Assembly (NCBI RefSeq): GCF_006345805.1
Contig: NC_042998.1
Location: 76,508,001-76,572,000, forward strand
Reading direction: 5' to 3'
From: Octopus sinensis
Taxonomy: Eukaryota
Length of the DNA: 64,000 bases
Below are positions 39,745 through 54,247 of the stretch, one piece after another; within the stretch, counting starts at the first letter, position 1, and each line of letters starts with the position of its first letter. Under the pieces are notes generated by a model that searched no databases, was not told where the DNA came from, and saw only the letters and a program-made list of their open reading frames with translations. The translations under genes were made by a program, and so were the position numbers.

Positions 39745-40250
39745 AGCGCATGGCCGAGTGGTCATGGTGTTGCACTCACAACCGCAAGATCTTGGTTTCA
39801 ATTCCTAGACTGAGTGGTGCGTTGAGTTCTTGAGCAAAACACTTCACCTCACGTTGCTCTGCGACTACTTCAACTCCTGACATCTGCTACACCTATTTCT
39901 TTATTACCCACAAGGGGCTAAACACAGAGGGGACAAACAAGGACAGACATAGGTATTAAGTCGATTACATCGACCCCAGTGCGTAACTGGTACTTAATTT
40001 ATCGACCCCGAAAGGATGAAAGGCAAAGTCGACCTCGGCGGAATTTGAACTCACAACGTAACGGCAGACGAAATACCGCTAAGCATTTCGCCCGACGTGC
40101 TAACGATTCTGCCAGCTCGCCGCCTTCTCTTGACATCTGCTACACCGTACACTTGTTCAGGCAACATCGATTTGATTGAGGGAGTGAGTCAATGTTCAGC
40201 ACGCGAGTTTGATCATTATAAACCAATCATTCCTGCAGGTTGTTCAGTAA
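39745..40250 (+). mobile_element. Family D-like SINE hosting a nested younger SINE
   Basis: gagcgcatggccgagtggtc...ggtttcaattcc head; sequence resumes after 40146. Confidence 0.7.
39891..40125 (-). mobile_element. Young full-length family A SINE with 16-bp TSD
   Basis: TSD tgacatctgctacacc at 39878-39893 and 40131-40146. Confidence 0.92.
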
Positions 40251-40634
40251 GACATTACAGAAACGTCTTCCTCGGACAACGAGAGACTGTCACCATTACT
40301 AACGGAATATGAGAAAAAGTTAAAACCAGGAACCGAACCCATGTCACAGTCTTGGCCACAACAGATTTCTCCCCCCCCCCAGTAGTTTTCCCATTATTTT
40401 ATACCAATTCAGATGTAGAGCTTTTTTTCCATTATTGTAATTAATCTTGCAAATTAATTTTACCATCTCCGTTCCTTCGTCTCATAAATGACATTTGAGA
40501 TGGTAGTGGCTGTGGCGATGTGAGTGTTGATGTTATTGACGGTGGTGCTAGTGATTGTAGAGGTTAGAGGTAATTTTAGTGGTGGTTGTGGTGGTAGTAG
40601 GAGATTTGAAACTTAAAACAAAATGTAATGTGAG

Positions 40635-41290
40635 AGATGGAAGGGAGAAAGAGAGAAGGAATAAACGAAAATGAGATGAAGAATGAAAGTAAAAGAGGGA
40701 GAGAGCGGGAGAGAGAGTGGGAGTGAGAGAAAGAGAAAGGGAGAAAGAAAGATAGACAGAGAAAGAGACAGAGAAAGAGACAGAGAAAGAGAGACAGAAA
40801 AGAGTGACTGAAACTGAGAGAGAGAAAGAGAGAGAAAAGGGGGAGAGAAAGATGAGAAAGGGGAGAGAAAGGGAAGAGAAAGGGGAGAAAGGGAGAGAAA
40901 GGTGAGAAAGGAAAAGGGACAAAGAGAGAGAGAGAGAGAGAGAGGGAGAGAGCGAAAGAGAGACAGAAATTGAGACAGAGAGAAAATGAGAGAGAAAGAG
41001 GCAGAGAAATAGAGGGAAAGGGAGAGGGACAGAGAAGGAGACATACAAAGAAACAAGGAAAGGAGAGGAAGAGAACGATACAGAGGGGGAAGTGAGAGAT
41101 AGAAAAAGAGAGACAGAGGAAGAAAAGGAGAGAGAGGTTTGGAGAGAAAGAAGCGAAAGAAAGGGAAAAGGAAAGATGAGAGAACAAACAGTGAGTAAGA
41201 GAAGGGAAAACAAAGAAGAGAGAGGAATACGGGGAATATAGCGAGCGTGTGTATGCACCTGGGTGTAAACAAGAGAGAGAAAAAGAGATA
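40635..41290. repeat. Long polypurine (GA-rich) low-complexity tract
   Basis: Read directly. Confidence 0.9.
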
Positions 41291-41429
41291 CAAACTTTTC
41301 ATATTAACACACACACACACACACACACATACACGCGCGCGCGCGCACGCACTCTGCCAGAATGGATACAAAAGTTTTCGTCATTGTCTTGAGTTGTCGT
41401 TATTGTATTTGTTCTTCCACTTACAGTTG

Positions 41430-41539
41430 TGGGTGTTGTTGTTGTTGCTGCTGCTGCTGATGTAGTTGTGGTTGTTGCTGTTGTTCTTCATCAAAATCAC
41501 CATCATCATCATCACCATCACCATCTCCATCATCATCAA

Positions 41540-41574
<35 letters not shown>

Positions 41575-41648
41575 CCATCATCATCATTATCACCATCATC
41601 ATCATCATCATCACCATCATCATCATCACCATCCTCCTCCTCCTCCTC

Positions 41649-41680
<32 letters not shown>

Positions 41681-41694
41681 CATCATCACTATCC

Positions 41695-41727
<33 letters not shown>

Positions 41728-41800
41728 CCATCCTCCTCCTCCCCCTCCTCCTCCCCCTCCTCCTCCTCCTCCTCATCCTCATCATCATCACCATCATCTT
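41430..41800. repeat. Compound trinucleotide repeat (GTT/GCT/CAT/CCT)
   Basis: Read directly. Confidence 0.9.
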
Positions 41801-41943
41801 TTTCTTCTTTTCCATTACTCTTACTGTTCTTTATACTTATAATAATTATCATCGTGATGAAAATAATCTCTTTACGAAAGTAATTGATATCCCACAAGAA
41901 CGACGACGATAATACACACACATACACACACACATACACACAC

Positions 41944-41984
<41 letters not shown>

Positions 41985-42099
41985 GAAACACTGATACACA
42001 CATAGACACACCTGTATGTATGTAACGTATGCATATATATATAAACACAAGTATATATATATATATATATTTATATACTTACACATATGTATGTATATA

Positions 42100-42142
<43 letters not shown>

Positions 42143-42414
42143 TAAATGTATATTATATATGTATATACATACATATAAATATATGTATGTATATATGTTT
42201 GTGTGTATATATATATTTATATACACATATATATACACATATATATATAATTAAGTAAGAGAATGGAGATATTCAATGGATATAAATTAATTTATTAACA
42301 TTGCCTACAATTGTTTCAATTACACTCAATACAAATTACAAACATATAGAATAAAATAAGTTTGCAGTTTGAAGATTTAGAGCAAAATATCATCAGGGCG
42401 AAAGGACGGTAAGG

Positions 42415-42499
<85 letters not shown>

Positions 42500-42813
42500 A
42501 TAAACACATATATGTATATATATATATGCATGTATATATAAATGTATGTATGCATATATATATATACATATATATGTATATATATGTGTATATATATACA
42601 TATATATGTATATATATACATAATTAGACGCATATATATATACATATGTGTGTATATACATATACATATATATGTATATATTTGTGCATATATATACACG
42701 TATGTGTGTATATAATACGCATATATGTACATATATACACTTATATATATATATATGTATGTGTATATATATATATGTATGTGTGTATATATATATTTAT
42801 GTATGTATGTATG

Positions 42814-42863
<50 letters not shown>

Positions 42864-43505
42864 CATATATAAGCACGCATGCGCACACACACTCACGCAT
42901 ATATCCATATGCACATGTATACAGACGTAATGTTTAAATCAGGCTGACAAAGAAAAACACCCACGACGAAAACAAAAAAAGTTTCACAGGAAAATGTATT
43001 CGAACACTCCACTGCAGGCCCCACTACTTTCTGTTCAGCAACAACACCAACATCACAAACTAAAGAGAATAACATCTTGTCTCATGTCAGAGTTATAATA
43101 GACAAATGACAAATGAACATAAATGAAGTGGATTGGTCTTCGTAAATTGTGACGAATTTAATCAAACAGGCTAAGTGTAAAGTATATAGATGCATTAGAG
43201 ATAGATTGGTTTGTGTCTAAAAGGCAAACTTGATTGTTTCATTGTGATGTATACATGAATATGCACTGTCATGTATAGACGTATAATCTATACGTACATA
43301 AGCACATATGAACACATATGTATACACACACGCAGAAACGCAGACACGCGCGCGCACACATACATACACATACACACTCAATATATATATATATATATAT
43401 GTATGCATGTTTGTATGTGTATGTATGCTGTACGTTTGTACATATGCGGAAACGTTTATTTACTAATCCTTTATATGAAGTATGTTTTGGTGTTAAATAA
43501 CGAAT

Positions 43506-43619
<114 letters not shown>

Positions 43620-43741
43620 TATATATATACATACATATATATATACTTATATATAAAAGATGGAGGTGGAAAGAGCTATTTCCACCTCCATCTTTTTATA
43701 TATAAAAATTTGATTTGTATAGATCACTAATCTTTTTCAAC

Positions 43742-43773
<32 letters not shown>

Positions 43774-43897
43774 TATACACATATATACATATATATATAT
43801 AATATATATATATACATATATATATATATGGATATGTATATATATATATATGTATATATATATGTATATGTATATATATATGTTTATGTGTATATAT

Positions 43898-43975
<78 letters not shown>

Positions 43976-44710
43976 TTATGTATGTATGTATGTATGTATT
44001 CTTTTATTATTTTACTTGTTTCAGCCATGCGGCTGCGGTCATGCTGGAACACCACCATATATATATTATAATCGTATATTAGCATTGTACTTGATATCGC
44101 TATAGGGCAAGTTGCAATAGTTGAAAGATTGCAAACTATTAATGGAATTGGACGTGTTTTTTGTTCTTAAATTTTGCTTTGCGTGTACATGAGAAACAAC
44201 AGAGATAAAAAGAAAATCTTAAATATAGAAAAAAGTGCAGAAATCGTAAATGAGATGTTTGAATATAAATAACACAATAAAAAGGAAAACAAAACACCAA
44301 CCACAACAAACAAATAAATCTTCTTTGTCAACGAGCAAAACTTAAAAGAGCGAAGTAATTTTTAACGCTCAAGAAAATGCATCATGTGAAAGAAAGGCGT
44401 GATATTATTTGCTTATCTAATGGTGAAAAGAAACGGAGATGTCACGTATATTAGGAGATTGCAGTTGCTTAGTTTTGGTTCTTTAGGTTGTTGATTTTGT
44501 CGTTCATGTTTGTACTTCCATTATAAATAATGTTATAGAATCGGCTGGCGTGGATAAATTATTCAATGCCTTCTTTTTTCTTTACTTGAGTTAATGAAGA
44601 AACGTTTTCGGGAATCTATGATGAGTTAGAGGAACAAAACTGTCCTCAGACAGTTGACGTGGCCCGACTGCTTGCAACGGAGTGTACTCTAAAATACCCG
44701 CTGACTAAAA

Positions 44711-45403
44711 GGGAGCTGGCAGAAACGTTAGCACGCCGGGCGAAATGCTTAGCAGTATTTCGTCTGCCGCTACGTTCTGAGTTCAAATTCCGCCGAGGTC
44801 GACTTTGCCTTTCATCCTTTCGGGGTCGACAAATTAAGTTCCAGTTACGCACTGGGGTCGATATAATCGACTTAATCCGTTTGTCTGTCCTTGTTTGTCC
44901 TCTCTGTGTTTAGTCCCTTGTGGGTAGTAAAGAAATAGGTATTAAACGAGGTCAGCACAGAGATCTGTGTATATGTCGTTTGTGTTATTATTTAACTTCA
45001 GCAAGGCGGCGAGCTGGCAGAAACGTTAGCACGCCGGGCGAAATGCTTAGCAGTATTTCGTCTGCCGCTACGTTCTGAGTTCAAATTCCACCGTGGTCGA
45101 CTTTGCCTTTCATCCTTTCGGGGTCGATTAAATAAGTACCAGTTATGCACTGGGGTGGATATAATCGACTTAATCCGTTTGTCTGTCCTTGTTTGTCCCC
45201 TCTTTATTTATCCCCTTGTGGGTAGTAAAGAAATAGGTATTTCTCCCGTCGCTTCGTTCTGTGTTCAAATTCCGCCGAGGTCGACTTTATCTTTCATCTT
45301 TTCGGGCTCGATAAATTAAGTACCAGTTGAATACTGGGGTTGATGTAATCGACTTAACCCCTCCCTCAAAATGTCAGGCCTTGTGCATTTAGTAGAAAAT
45401 ATT
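44711..45403 (+). mobile_element. Family A SINE cluster (44711-44942, 45004-45240, and a fused partial copy to 45403)
   Basis: gagctggcagaaacgttagcacgccgggcg head, GAGTTCAAATTC B box, ...aaagaaataggtat tail. Confidence 0.92.
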
Positions 45404-45865
45404 ATTTCATCTCAGCTCAACTAGGTATTCTGATCGTGAACCACTTGTATGTTTAGTAGGTGTTGGAGGTGGTAGTGGTGGTGGTGCATAGAGCAATATT
45501 AACCGGTAGAAAGCACGTGCTTAGGGCATCAAGGTAAGAGGTGAACCGCAGAAATGACAAATGGTTTACGGCACAAAAGAAATCACTTTAAACTTGATAA
45601 AATGATATTCGTAGTGGTCTATATGATCGGATATGTAATTTCGAAGTGTTCATGTTGTCATAGTGAGGATCTGATCAATGACCTTTATGAACTTTGCAAT
45701 TAGAAAATGTAGAAGAAAACTTTTCAGATACAAATAAAGTGGAAGAATGCAAAAATAAACGTTATTTTCTATCTTACTGTTAGTGTTGTTTCACTTTGAA
45801 AAATAAAAATATTAATTTATGGTTTATTATTGTTTATATTTTGAATTACATATATATGGGTGAAG

Positions 45866-46250
45866 GTGGAGGCGCAATGGCCCAGTGGTTAGGGCAGCGG
45901 ATTCGCGGTCGTAGGATCGCGGTTTCGATCCCCAGACCGGGCGTTGTGAGTGTTTATTGAGCGAAAACACCTAAAAGCTCCACGAGGCTCCGGCAGGGAT
46001 GGTGGTGATCCCTGCTATACTCTTTCACCACAACTTTCTCTCACTCTTACTTCCTGTTTCTGTTGTACCTGTATTTCAAAGGGCCGGCCTTGTCACTCTC
46101 TGTGTCACGCTGAATATCCCCGAGAACTACGTTAAGGGTACACGTGTCTGTGGAGTGCTCAGCCACTTACACGTTAATTTCACGAGCAGGCTGTTCCGTT
46201 GATCGGATCAACCGGAACCCTCGTCGTCATAACCGACGGAGTGCTTCCTC
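45866..46250 (+). mobile_element. Full-length family B SINE with 12-bp TSD
   Basis: A box TGGCCCAGTGG, B box GGTTTCGATCCC; TSD atatgggtgaag at 45854-45865 and 46251-46262. Confidence 0.92.
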
Positions 46251-46559
46251 ATATGGGTGAAGATACACACAGTTTACTGGATTTATTTCATGATTATTTG
46301 AATGAAAAATTAAACAAAACACAACGAAGACTTATTCTTTTTTTATAGCCATACCTGTGATTTCTTTTCTTTGAGAGCCGTGCTCGCAACATTTTATTAA
46401 TCCATATGTACAACATTTCTTAGTCAGTATGAATTATTCTTCGTTACCAGCACTCAGTGGTGATGTAAGAGTTTGATTCGCGCAAATAGAGTCATACTTT
46501 GCTGCGAACAATATTAACACGGAGCAGCAACATTTTATTGAGCGCTATTTCTGCTTCAT

Positions 46560-48250
46560 TGACTGTTTTTATTTGAAGGATCTCATAAGCACCCACCTAA
46601 TGATGCGTCTTACTCCTCTATAAAGAGCGAAGTTCTCCGTAGGACGTTTCTCTCAGCGGAGAAACGCTTTTGTACGATAGTCAATGAGGAACACTTGGGT
46701 GACCAGACACCATCCCAACTCTTTCACAGGAAGCGGGAACTTACTAAGGATCATCTGGGGACAACGCCATGATTAAACAACCAATCTTCTCCCGTTTGCC
46801 ATCAACCGTGCAGGCCATCCTCGCTCCTATGATGGAAGTCAGTTCAGTAGATCAGTTGCCTCCTTCGGCCGATAAAATATTAGAATATACTCGCAGCAGA
46901 GTTGCTGGTGACAGAAATGCTCCTGTTTTTCCCTCTCCAGTAGCAGCTGCCTCGTTGGATCCAGGATTGATGCAAGCGGCGACTCTATAGGCCATTCTAG
47001 AGTTAACTAGAGAGGTCAAATTATTACATGCTGCGCAGAATTCTTCCCAGAGACCCATCAGCAAGTTATATTTGAAGCTTTGCACAGTCTTTCGCACCCT
47101 GAATCTCGGCCTCAGTAAAGCTCATAACAGATACTTCTGGCCAAATACGAGCCGCGACATTATTGAACGGACCCGATCATGCCTCTAATGCCAGAAGTCG
47201 AAGGTGTATAAGCACATCCGGGCACCACTTGGCACCTGGTGCATGCTTCCGCTACAATACACCTGATGCATGCTTCCGCCACATTCATATTGATCTCGTG
47301 GGACTCTGGCCTTGTCAGAGCTGCATTGATCGGTTCACTCACTGACTCGAAGCCATTCCTTTAATTAATATATCTGCTGAATCTGTAGCACGAACCCTGG
47401 TATCAGGATGGATATCGTGTTACAGTGTCCCTACCACTAGTACGACAGATGGTGGTAGACAATTCGAATCTCACCATTTTTCGGAATTCACAAAAATCAT
47501 CGGTGCGTACTACCAGTTATCATCTTCCATCGCCACTTGAAAGTCGCATTTCGTGCCTACCCAGATACTCAACGCTGGAGCGAATACCTTCCTATAGTAC
47601 TCCTCAGCATTCGGATTGCGTTCAAGGAACTGTTGTATGGTGCTCCGTTGTCTATGTCAGGGCAGATGCCCGCTCCAGTCGACCTGTCTATTCAGGATCC
47701 GGCGCTTTACGTGAACCCCATTCATTCATATTTTCGGGACCTGCCGCCAATGAGTAATCGACATCAAACTGTAAAACCTGTGGTCCCGAGGGACATTGCC
47801 TTGTGGACCGACGTTTTTGTCAGAAACGACGCCGTGAGAAGTCCTCTCACCCCACATTACACAGGACCTTATCGTGTGCTGGCATGCACCGACAAACATT
47901 TCTCGATTGACCATAATGGTTCTAGAGATACTGTCTCTGTTGATAGAATAAAGAGGACCTACACGGATGCTGATATCCCGGAGCCATATATACCCTAAAC
48001 ACATACCGCACCACACACATATACACCCCTACACATACTGCTCCACAAACAGCTACCCCACATTCATCAAAAATACGTTACAACAACTGGCAGCGGTCCA
48101 TTGGTCCGAAAGACTTTGTGAAGATGTTTGTAAATAGACTGGGTTTGAGTGCCTTTAATCGTATTTTTGCATGCTTGTTTTTGCTTAATATATTCATTCT
48201 TCTTTTCTTGCACTTGTTTGTATCGACTTACAATCTGAAGCGGGGGATCA
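46560..48250 (+). mobile_element. Internally deleted Gypsy/Ty3 LTR retrotransposon (gag remnant plus integrase)
   Basis: Gag EEHLGDQTPSQLF; integrase YFWPN, CQKSKV, FRHIHIDLVG, IDRFT, TTDGGRQFES, LTPHYTGPYRVL, VSVDRIK; PPT gaagcggggga then TGT at 48251. Confidence 0.88.
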
Positions 48251-51200
48251 TGTAGAGAGGTCAAGTTTCAAGGTTTCCCTCTGAATCCTACATACATACG
48301 CTCACTTTGCTCAGCACTTGTCAACAATCCAAATAAAGTTTCTATGCTCCATTAACAAACATGCCTTCTAACATTTATTTCTTCATGCACTTCATTCCAC
48401 GTTATATTGTGACATTGTTACATTCGAACACGTTACATCCAATATCGTTACAATCTCTTTAACATTATCGTTGGATTAAAAAATGCAACATGCATGGGTA
48501 ACTGCTGGTTCATCATAAGAAACTTTTCCAAGCCTGTGCAGATTCATAGTCTCCCATGACGGAGGTTTGCAAAGTATATCAAGGACTACATTATCCAGTA
48601 ATGTTTTCCTTTCTTTAAGAATGTAGCATGCAACACTTACTTGCTATTTCCTGTAGACGGAACGACTATGTAAAATCTCTCTCTCTCTCTGGTGCTGTTG
48701 TGGATGTAATTGTCATAAATTACTTTTTTAATTGACATAGCTTCAATATTGGGTGAGGGAGGGCAACGCCAGAAAAAAATCTTATTGCTTTTGTAGAGTA
48801 GCGTTACGTGACGTCGGGGCGTTCGTTAATGAACCGTTGTAAAGAGTGCTGCTGTTGTTGATGATGTTGTTTTGTCATAGATCAACACTGATCGAATTGA
48901 TCTACGCCTAAAGGCGTTCTATACCTGACCACATCGCCATCTGTTCAGAGTTAGTGAATCTATGATTACACTATCCAATGCTTCCTTTTCTGGAGACTGA
49001 AGGGCACGAGTTAAGAAAATGCATATAATTTCTAGCAAGTGGAGCAGCTAGGTAGGGGTCCACTTGCCTACGAGAAATCCATTTTGGTTTTTCGTCGCTA
49101 AACAGTATATTAGGTCGTCAGTATTTGTGTAAAACAGATATAGTGTGGTATACAACAACAAAGCCCTTTCCCCTTTATTCACTTTCTCTGTATTTCATGC
49201 TCCACCACCTAAACAATTGTAAATATGTACTTTTTTAAATTTTTACTGCAGCCAACGAAGAACCCTGTATGTGATCGCCCAACCTTTTAGAAATAGTTGT
49301 GGCATATCCTTTAAATCACACTCTACCAATTTAAAAAGAGGAAGGATGCATTAGAAAATATATACTTAAAGATACAAGATGAGACGGTCACGAATAGGAC
49401 GCTTTTGATCATGTGTCTACTTTATCAATATTGACTTGTAGCTCAACAAAATCAAGAACAGTGAAAAGTAGAAGCAGTAGGAGTAAAAGGCTTAACGTGT
49501 GATTTTACTGTTTTATACATTGTAAGAAACAGTTTGAAATACAAAAATAGAAACACGCCTGTTGGTCGGACTCTTGTCACTTATCCGTCTTTCATCGATT
49601 GCCGGTCGAGGTGGTTATCAAATACACTACAAAAGGTTTCAATGGTTTAGTGTTTTCGAAGTAGAACAATAGTTTAAATGGAGTGGGAATTACTCTACCA
49701 AACTTAACCAAGGCACAGACATCATGGCCAAGTTCTTCCCTGAAGTATAATATCAATTCGAATAAATACCATTCAGTCATCAATTCGAATTGAGGAACTA
49801 TTTGGGCAACCACGGTTGCATTGCAATACGGAATGCTTGTCATTCCATTAGTTGGTGTCTTATAATATCTAATATCATTAGTATTAAATCTAAGTAGTTA
49901 ATTAATCATTCGATAAGATTAGTTGGCTAACACACCGAAAAAATGTTAGAATTCCAATTTAATTATTAAATCCTTCTTAACCAACAGGCATGTTGTTCAG
50001 CAAATAAAGCAAAAACAAGAACAAAAACCTAACAAAAAACATAAAAAAAAACAAAACAAGAACCAAACAAACCGGATCCGTCCGTTAAAGAAACTTAACT
50101 TCCGATTAATTCTTTCACCTAAGCCCAGAACAACCAGATTCTACAGTCCCCGCTATACATTTTCCTTCTTTCACCAACTTATATGCCTAATGACTCGAAA
50201 AGAATTCGGAAAAATCTTTAAGCCTTTAACATTCAGATTATTCTATCGAAGATTGTGCTTTTACATTGTTTTGAATTAATCACGCAGATTCACGATTTTG
50301 ATGATGTGGTTGTTGTTTTTCGAAGGACATTGCAGGGTAGCTGCGAGAGGCTGGATCTGGCTGGTTAGAATGCTGAAGAGTTACGCTATGAAACTTTAAA
50401 TTCTTCTTTGTGTCAATGAATAGCAGATCGCATTTCTCATTAAAAAAAAAAGTTTTACATGAAATGCAGTCCATACCACGTCCTTCTCCGCAAAACTCTG
50501 CAAGTTCCTATGCATGCTTTATTTTATTTTGATATTATGTTTTTTATTTTTCAAGCTGAATATAAATTTTTACAAATCTGGGACTGACTGTAAGGTCTAC
50601 GGATACTAACGACGACGACCATCACCAACACCACCACCACCACCACCACCACCAGAAGTAGAAGCACCACCACTACGATATAAGCAGTTAAACTAGTATC
50701 ACTATATACAATGTAGGAAGAGGAAAAATTCTAATTAATTAATATATGGTCAGGAGAAAAACGTATTAGTTCAGTGACTAATGTTATTTTAACAACTATG
50801 CTTATCTATGTAAACATTTGTCACAATCTCAATGAAGGTTACAGTAACCGGATTAACCCGTAGAAGAGTATGAAGCCATCGCTTTGGTGTTCTAATTCTC
50901 CCCTCACGTTACACACATAAACACACACTCACAAAGGAACATCTATCTCTGACCCATAATTCCTCACATTTCCACCTCTCTTTGTCTTTCCCTACCAATA
51001 TATGTGTGTATGCGCATGTGCATACACACATATACTCACATGTATACAGGTATACATACACATACACACAATTAACAGTGTTTGGTGCTATAAAGCGAAG
51101 AGAGAAGAGAATAACTGCGCATCGGAAATCACTATTCATAAAATCAAAATGCTATTAGTATGACATGCAAAGCAGTTAATAATGAGTTTTTGGCCATCCA

Positions 51201-51748
51201 GGGAAATAAATAAGTACCTCACATACAACATATAAATAAACAAACAAACAAATGAATAAATAAATAAAATAGAAATATATGTCTAAAAATGGTCTCAACA
51301 TCGACAACAAAAAAATAAGACATTTTCTCCCAACAACAAAATGAGTCCCAAATCCTTCTCTCAGAAATACTTTCGTAAGTTTTAAGAGAAAAAAGCAAAA
51401 ACTAAATCGTTTAATCTGAACCAATCCCACACCCTAAAAAGCTACAATAAACACAGCAATATAAAAGGAAGACGAAGCAAAAAGAACAGGTTTTTGTAAA
51501 TTCCTACAAATTAGATAGATATGATGCCAGATGGCAACCAATATGAAGGTGATGTAGAATAATATCTATATGTATGTATGTATGTATTTTTGTGTGTATG
51601 TATGTATGTATGTATGTGTGATACATATGTACTTATGCTTGTGTGTGCGTGTTTATATGTGTATGTTTATGTGAGTAATATATGTTTGGATACACATATG
51701 TATGTATGTATGTATGTATGTATTATGTATGTATGTATGTACGTTTGT

Positions 51749-51792
<44 letters not shown>

Positions 51793-51869
51793 ATGTGTGT
51801 GTATGTGTATACACATGCATACACACGTGCACTCACACATACACACACATACACACACATACATTATTG

Positions 51870-52500
51870 AGAGTCACAAAAACGACCGCAACAGATTGTA
51901 TACGGTGGGCCATCTCCGTGTCCAAGTTACTATCATCAGAAATATTACTACTCAAATATGTGGATTCCTTCACTAAATTTAGAGACTGATTAATGAACAC
52001 GATGTTTCGAGGTCCATCTTCAAGTATTCCAGCTTTAGAGTGATTCACATTTATTAATAGGCTGAAAGCTGTCACTTTACTTTCAAAATTTTGAGTAATT
52101 TTATGGATATCTCTTTATTAGGACGTCCGCAAATTTCACATATCTCGGTAGTTCTTAGTGGATCATAACTAGATAGGTTCAGCAACTTACCATCTACTCT
52201 TGGGCAGATATGCACACCACTGCGCAGTGAACTCGCTCATAGTTTTAAAATGTTCCGCCCATGCGTTGGAACAGGTACACAGCCTTGTTTTCCTCTACAG
52301 ATAACTGGGAGGAGGAAGATCCCTTGTCCACGAGAGACAAAAAATCCTTGAACGAACTGATAATTTCCACAAATTTGGCCGGACACCCATGTGTATTTTT
52401 GCAGTGTCCATAAGCTCACAGTTCCAACGCTTTTTCAAACCCTTCATAAATGTTGTTGAAAACGATGTAAAGTGCGACTTACTGTTCGCCAACCTTTTCT
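51870..52500 (-). mobile_element. RTE-clade LINE RT fragment, decayed
   Basis: LWTLQKY, GKQGCVPVPT, LVKESTYLSSNISDDSNLDTEMAHRIQS. Confidence 0.7.
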
Positions 52501-52539
52501 TGAAGCTCAAAAATAAATACATACATATATATATATAGA

Positions 52540-53250
52540 CACACGCATGCACACGCACGCACACGCACGCACGCACACGCACGCACGCACACGCACGCAC
52601 GCACCACGCACGCACGCACGCACACTCACGCACGCACACGCACGCACGCACACGCCACGCACGCACACGCACGCACGCACACGCACGCACGCAACGCACA
52701 CGCACGCACGCACACGCACGCACGCACACGCACGCACGCACGCACACGCACGCACACGCACACGCACGCCGCACACGCACGCACGCAACGCACGCACGCA
52801 CACGCACGCACGCACACGCACGCACGCACACGCACGCACGCACACGCACGCACGCCACGCACGCACGCACACGCACGCACGCACACGCACGCACGCACTC
52901 GCACGCACGCACACGCACGCACGCACACGCACGCACGCACACGCACGCACGCACACGCACGCACGCACGCACACGCACGCACGCACACGCACGCACGCAC
53001 ACGCACGCACGCACACGCACGCACGCACACGCACGCACGCACACGCACGCACGCACACGCACGCACGCACCACGCACGCACGCACACGCATGCACGCACA
53101 CGCACGCACGCACACGCACGCACGCACACGCACGCACGCACACGCACGCACGCACACGCACGCACGCACACGCATGCACGCACACACGCACGCACGCACA
53201 CACGCATGCACGCACGCACACACACACACACCACACACACACACACAAAC
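52540..53250. repeat. ~700-bp (GCAC)n/(GCACAC)n satellite, predominant 14-bp unit gcacgcacgcacac
   Basis: Read directly. Confidence 0.95.
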
Positions 53251-53376
53251 ACGTAGTCATAAAAATAACCCTTGGATGGATTATATAAACGTATAATGCA
53301 CCACTACGCGCGTTTCCACAAATTATGTGTCTCTTAATATTACAGTTCGCTTTCCTGGGATGAATATAGTATCGTC

Positions 53377-53894
53377 CAGGTTGGGGGGAGACTTTTTAGT
53401 GCGGCGGGCAAAAATTTTCCCACCCAAAAAAGGTCTGCGGGCGAATCACAAGTTCTAACTCTTATATCTGTGTAAATCATGTACGTAACTATGTATAATT
53501 CAATGTAAATCAATAAAGGTAAGTCTAACACGTTCAATTAACATGTAACATCTTCATTAACGCCGCCACTGAATTTAGGACGTTTATATTACTTATGAGG
53601 TATTCAATATTTTTCAGCTAGTGCGTAGTCGGGTCACAAGGAGGTGGTACAAACCTAGCAATATGTGTTTTGTAGTGAAAACAAAATTTCCATTTAAATT
53701 GTGATTACTGGACGATTTTCTGTTCGAGTCTAACCGTTTTAAATCGTAGTGCAAACACTACCTATGTCGCAAAGAGGCATACGAGAGTTGTATGAATTTT
53801 ATAATTGCAAAATTGACTATATTTTGTACATACGAGTATCCCAGCCTGCGGGCGCAATAAAATGGGTCCGCGGGTGGGTGTTTCCCCATCCCTG
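53377..53894. mobile_element. hAT-type non-autonomous element
   Basis: Termini caggttgggggga and ttccccatccctg; subterminal gcgggc motifs; TSD degraded. Confidence 0.6.
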
Positions 53895-54078
53895 GTGTAA
53901 TCCGTAATATCAGTGGGCATCGAGAAGATCATCTTCATAGATTCAGTTCTTCAGGCGATATAGCATTAGTGGATGTTTACCAGGAGGTTGTTTATCCCTT
54001 TTGTCTATATATATCACCATTACACTCATCCAACTCTTTCCGAATCCTCTGTACCGTCCTCAGATTGACATATACGTA

Positions 54079-54121
<43 letters not shown>

Positions 54122-54124
<3 letters not shown>

Positions 54125-54240
54125 TGAGGGTTCAGTCCCTCTGTGTACGACCTTAGAAAAGTGTCTTCCACTATGACCTCGGGCTAACCGAAGCTTTGTT
54201 AGTGAATGTGGTAGATGGAAACTGAAATAAGCCCGTTCTA
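54122..54240 (+). mobile_element. Family C SINE, partial
   Basis: gggttcagtccct...aagtgtcttccactat...gaaactgaaa. Confidence 0.7.
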
Positions 54241-54247
54241 TGTTTGA

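Noticed and set aside
40548-41371. 200-250-aa Ser/Leu/Phe-rich ORFs
   Set aside because: Stop-free reading of a polypyrimidine tract
41381-42086. Poly-D/E, poly-H/P and poly-M ORFs
   Set aside because: Compound trinucleotide repeat open in several frames on both strands, with no unique coding flank
45866-45940. tRNA gene
   Set aside because: SINE head with A/B boxes, followed by a SINE body and flanked by a TSD; no acceptor-stem closure
49592-49843. 83-aa non-repetitive ORF, possibly LINE ORF1
   Set aside because: No motif I can recognise with confidence
52295-53296. Longest ORFs in the window (245-321 aa)
   Set aside because: GCAC satellite translation
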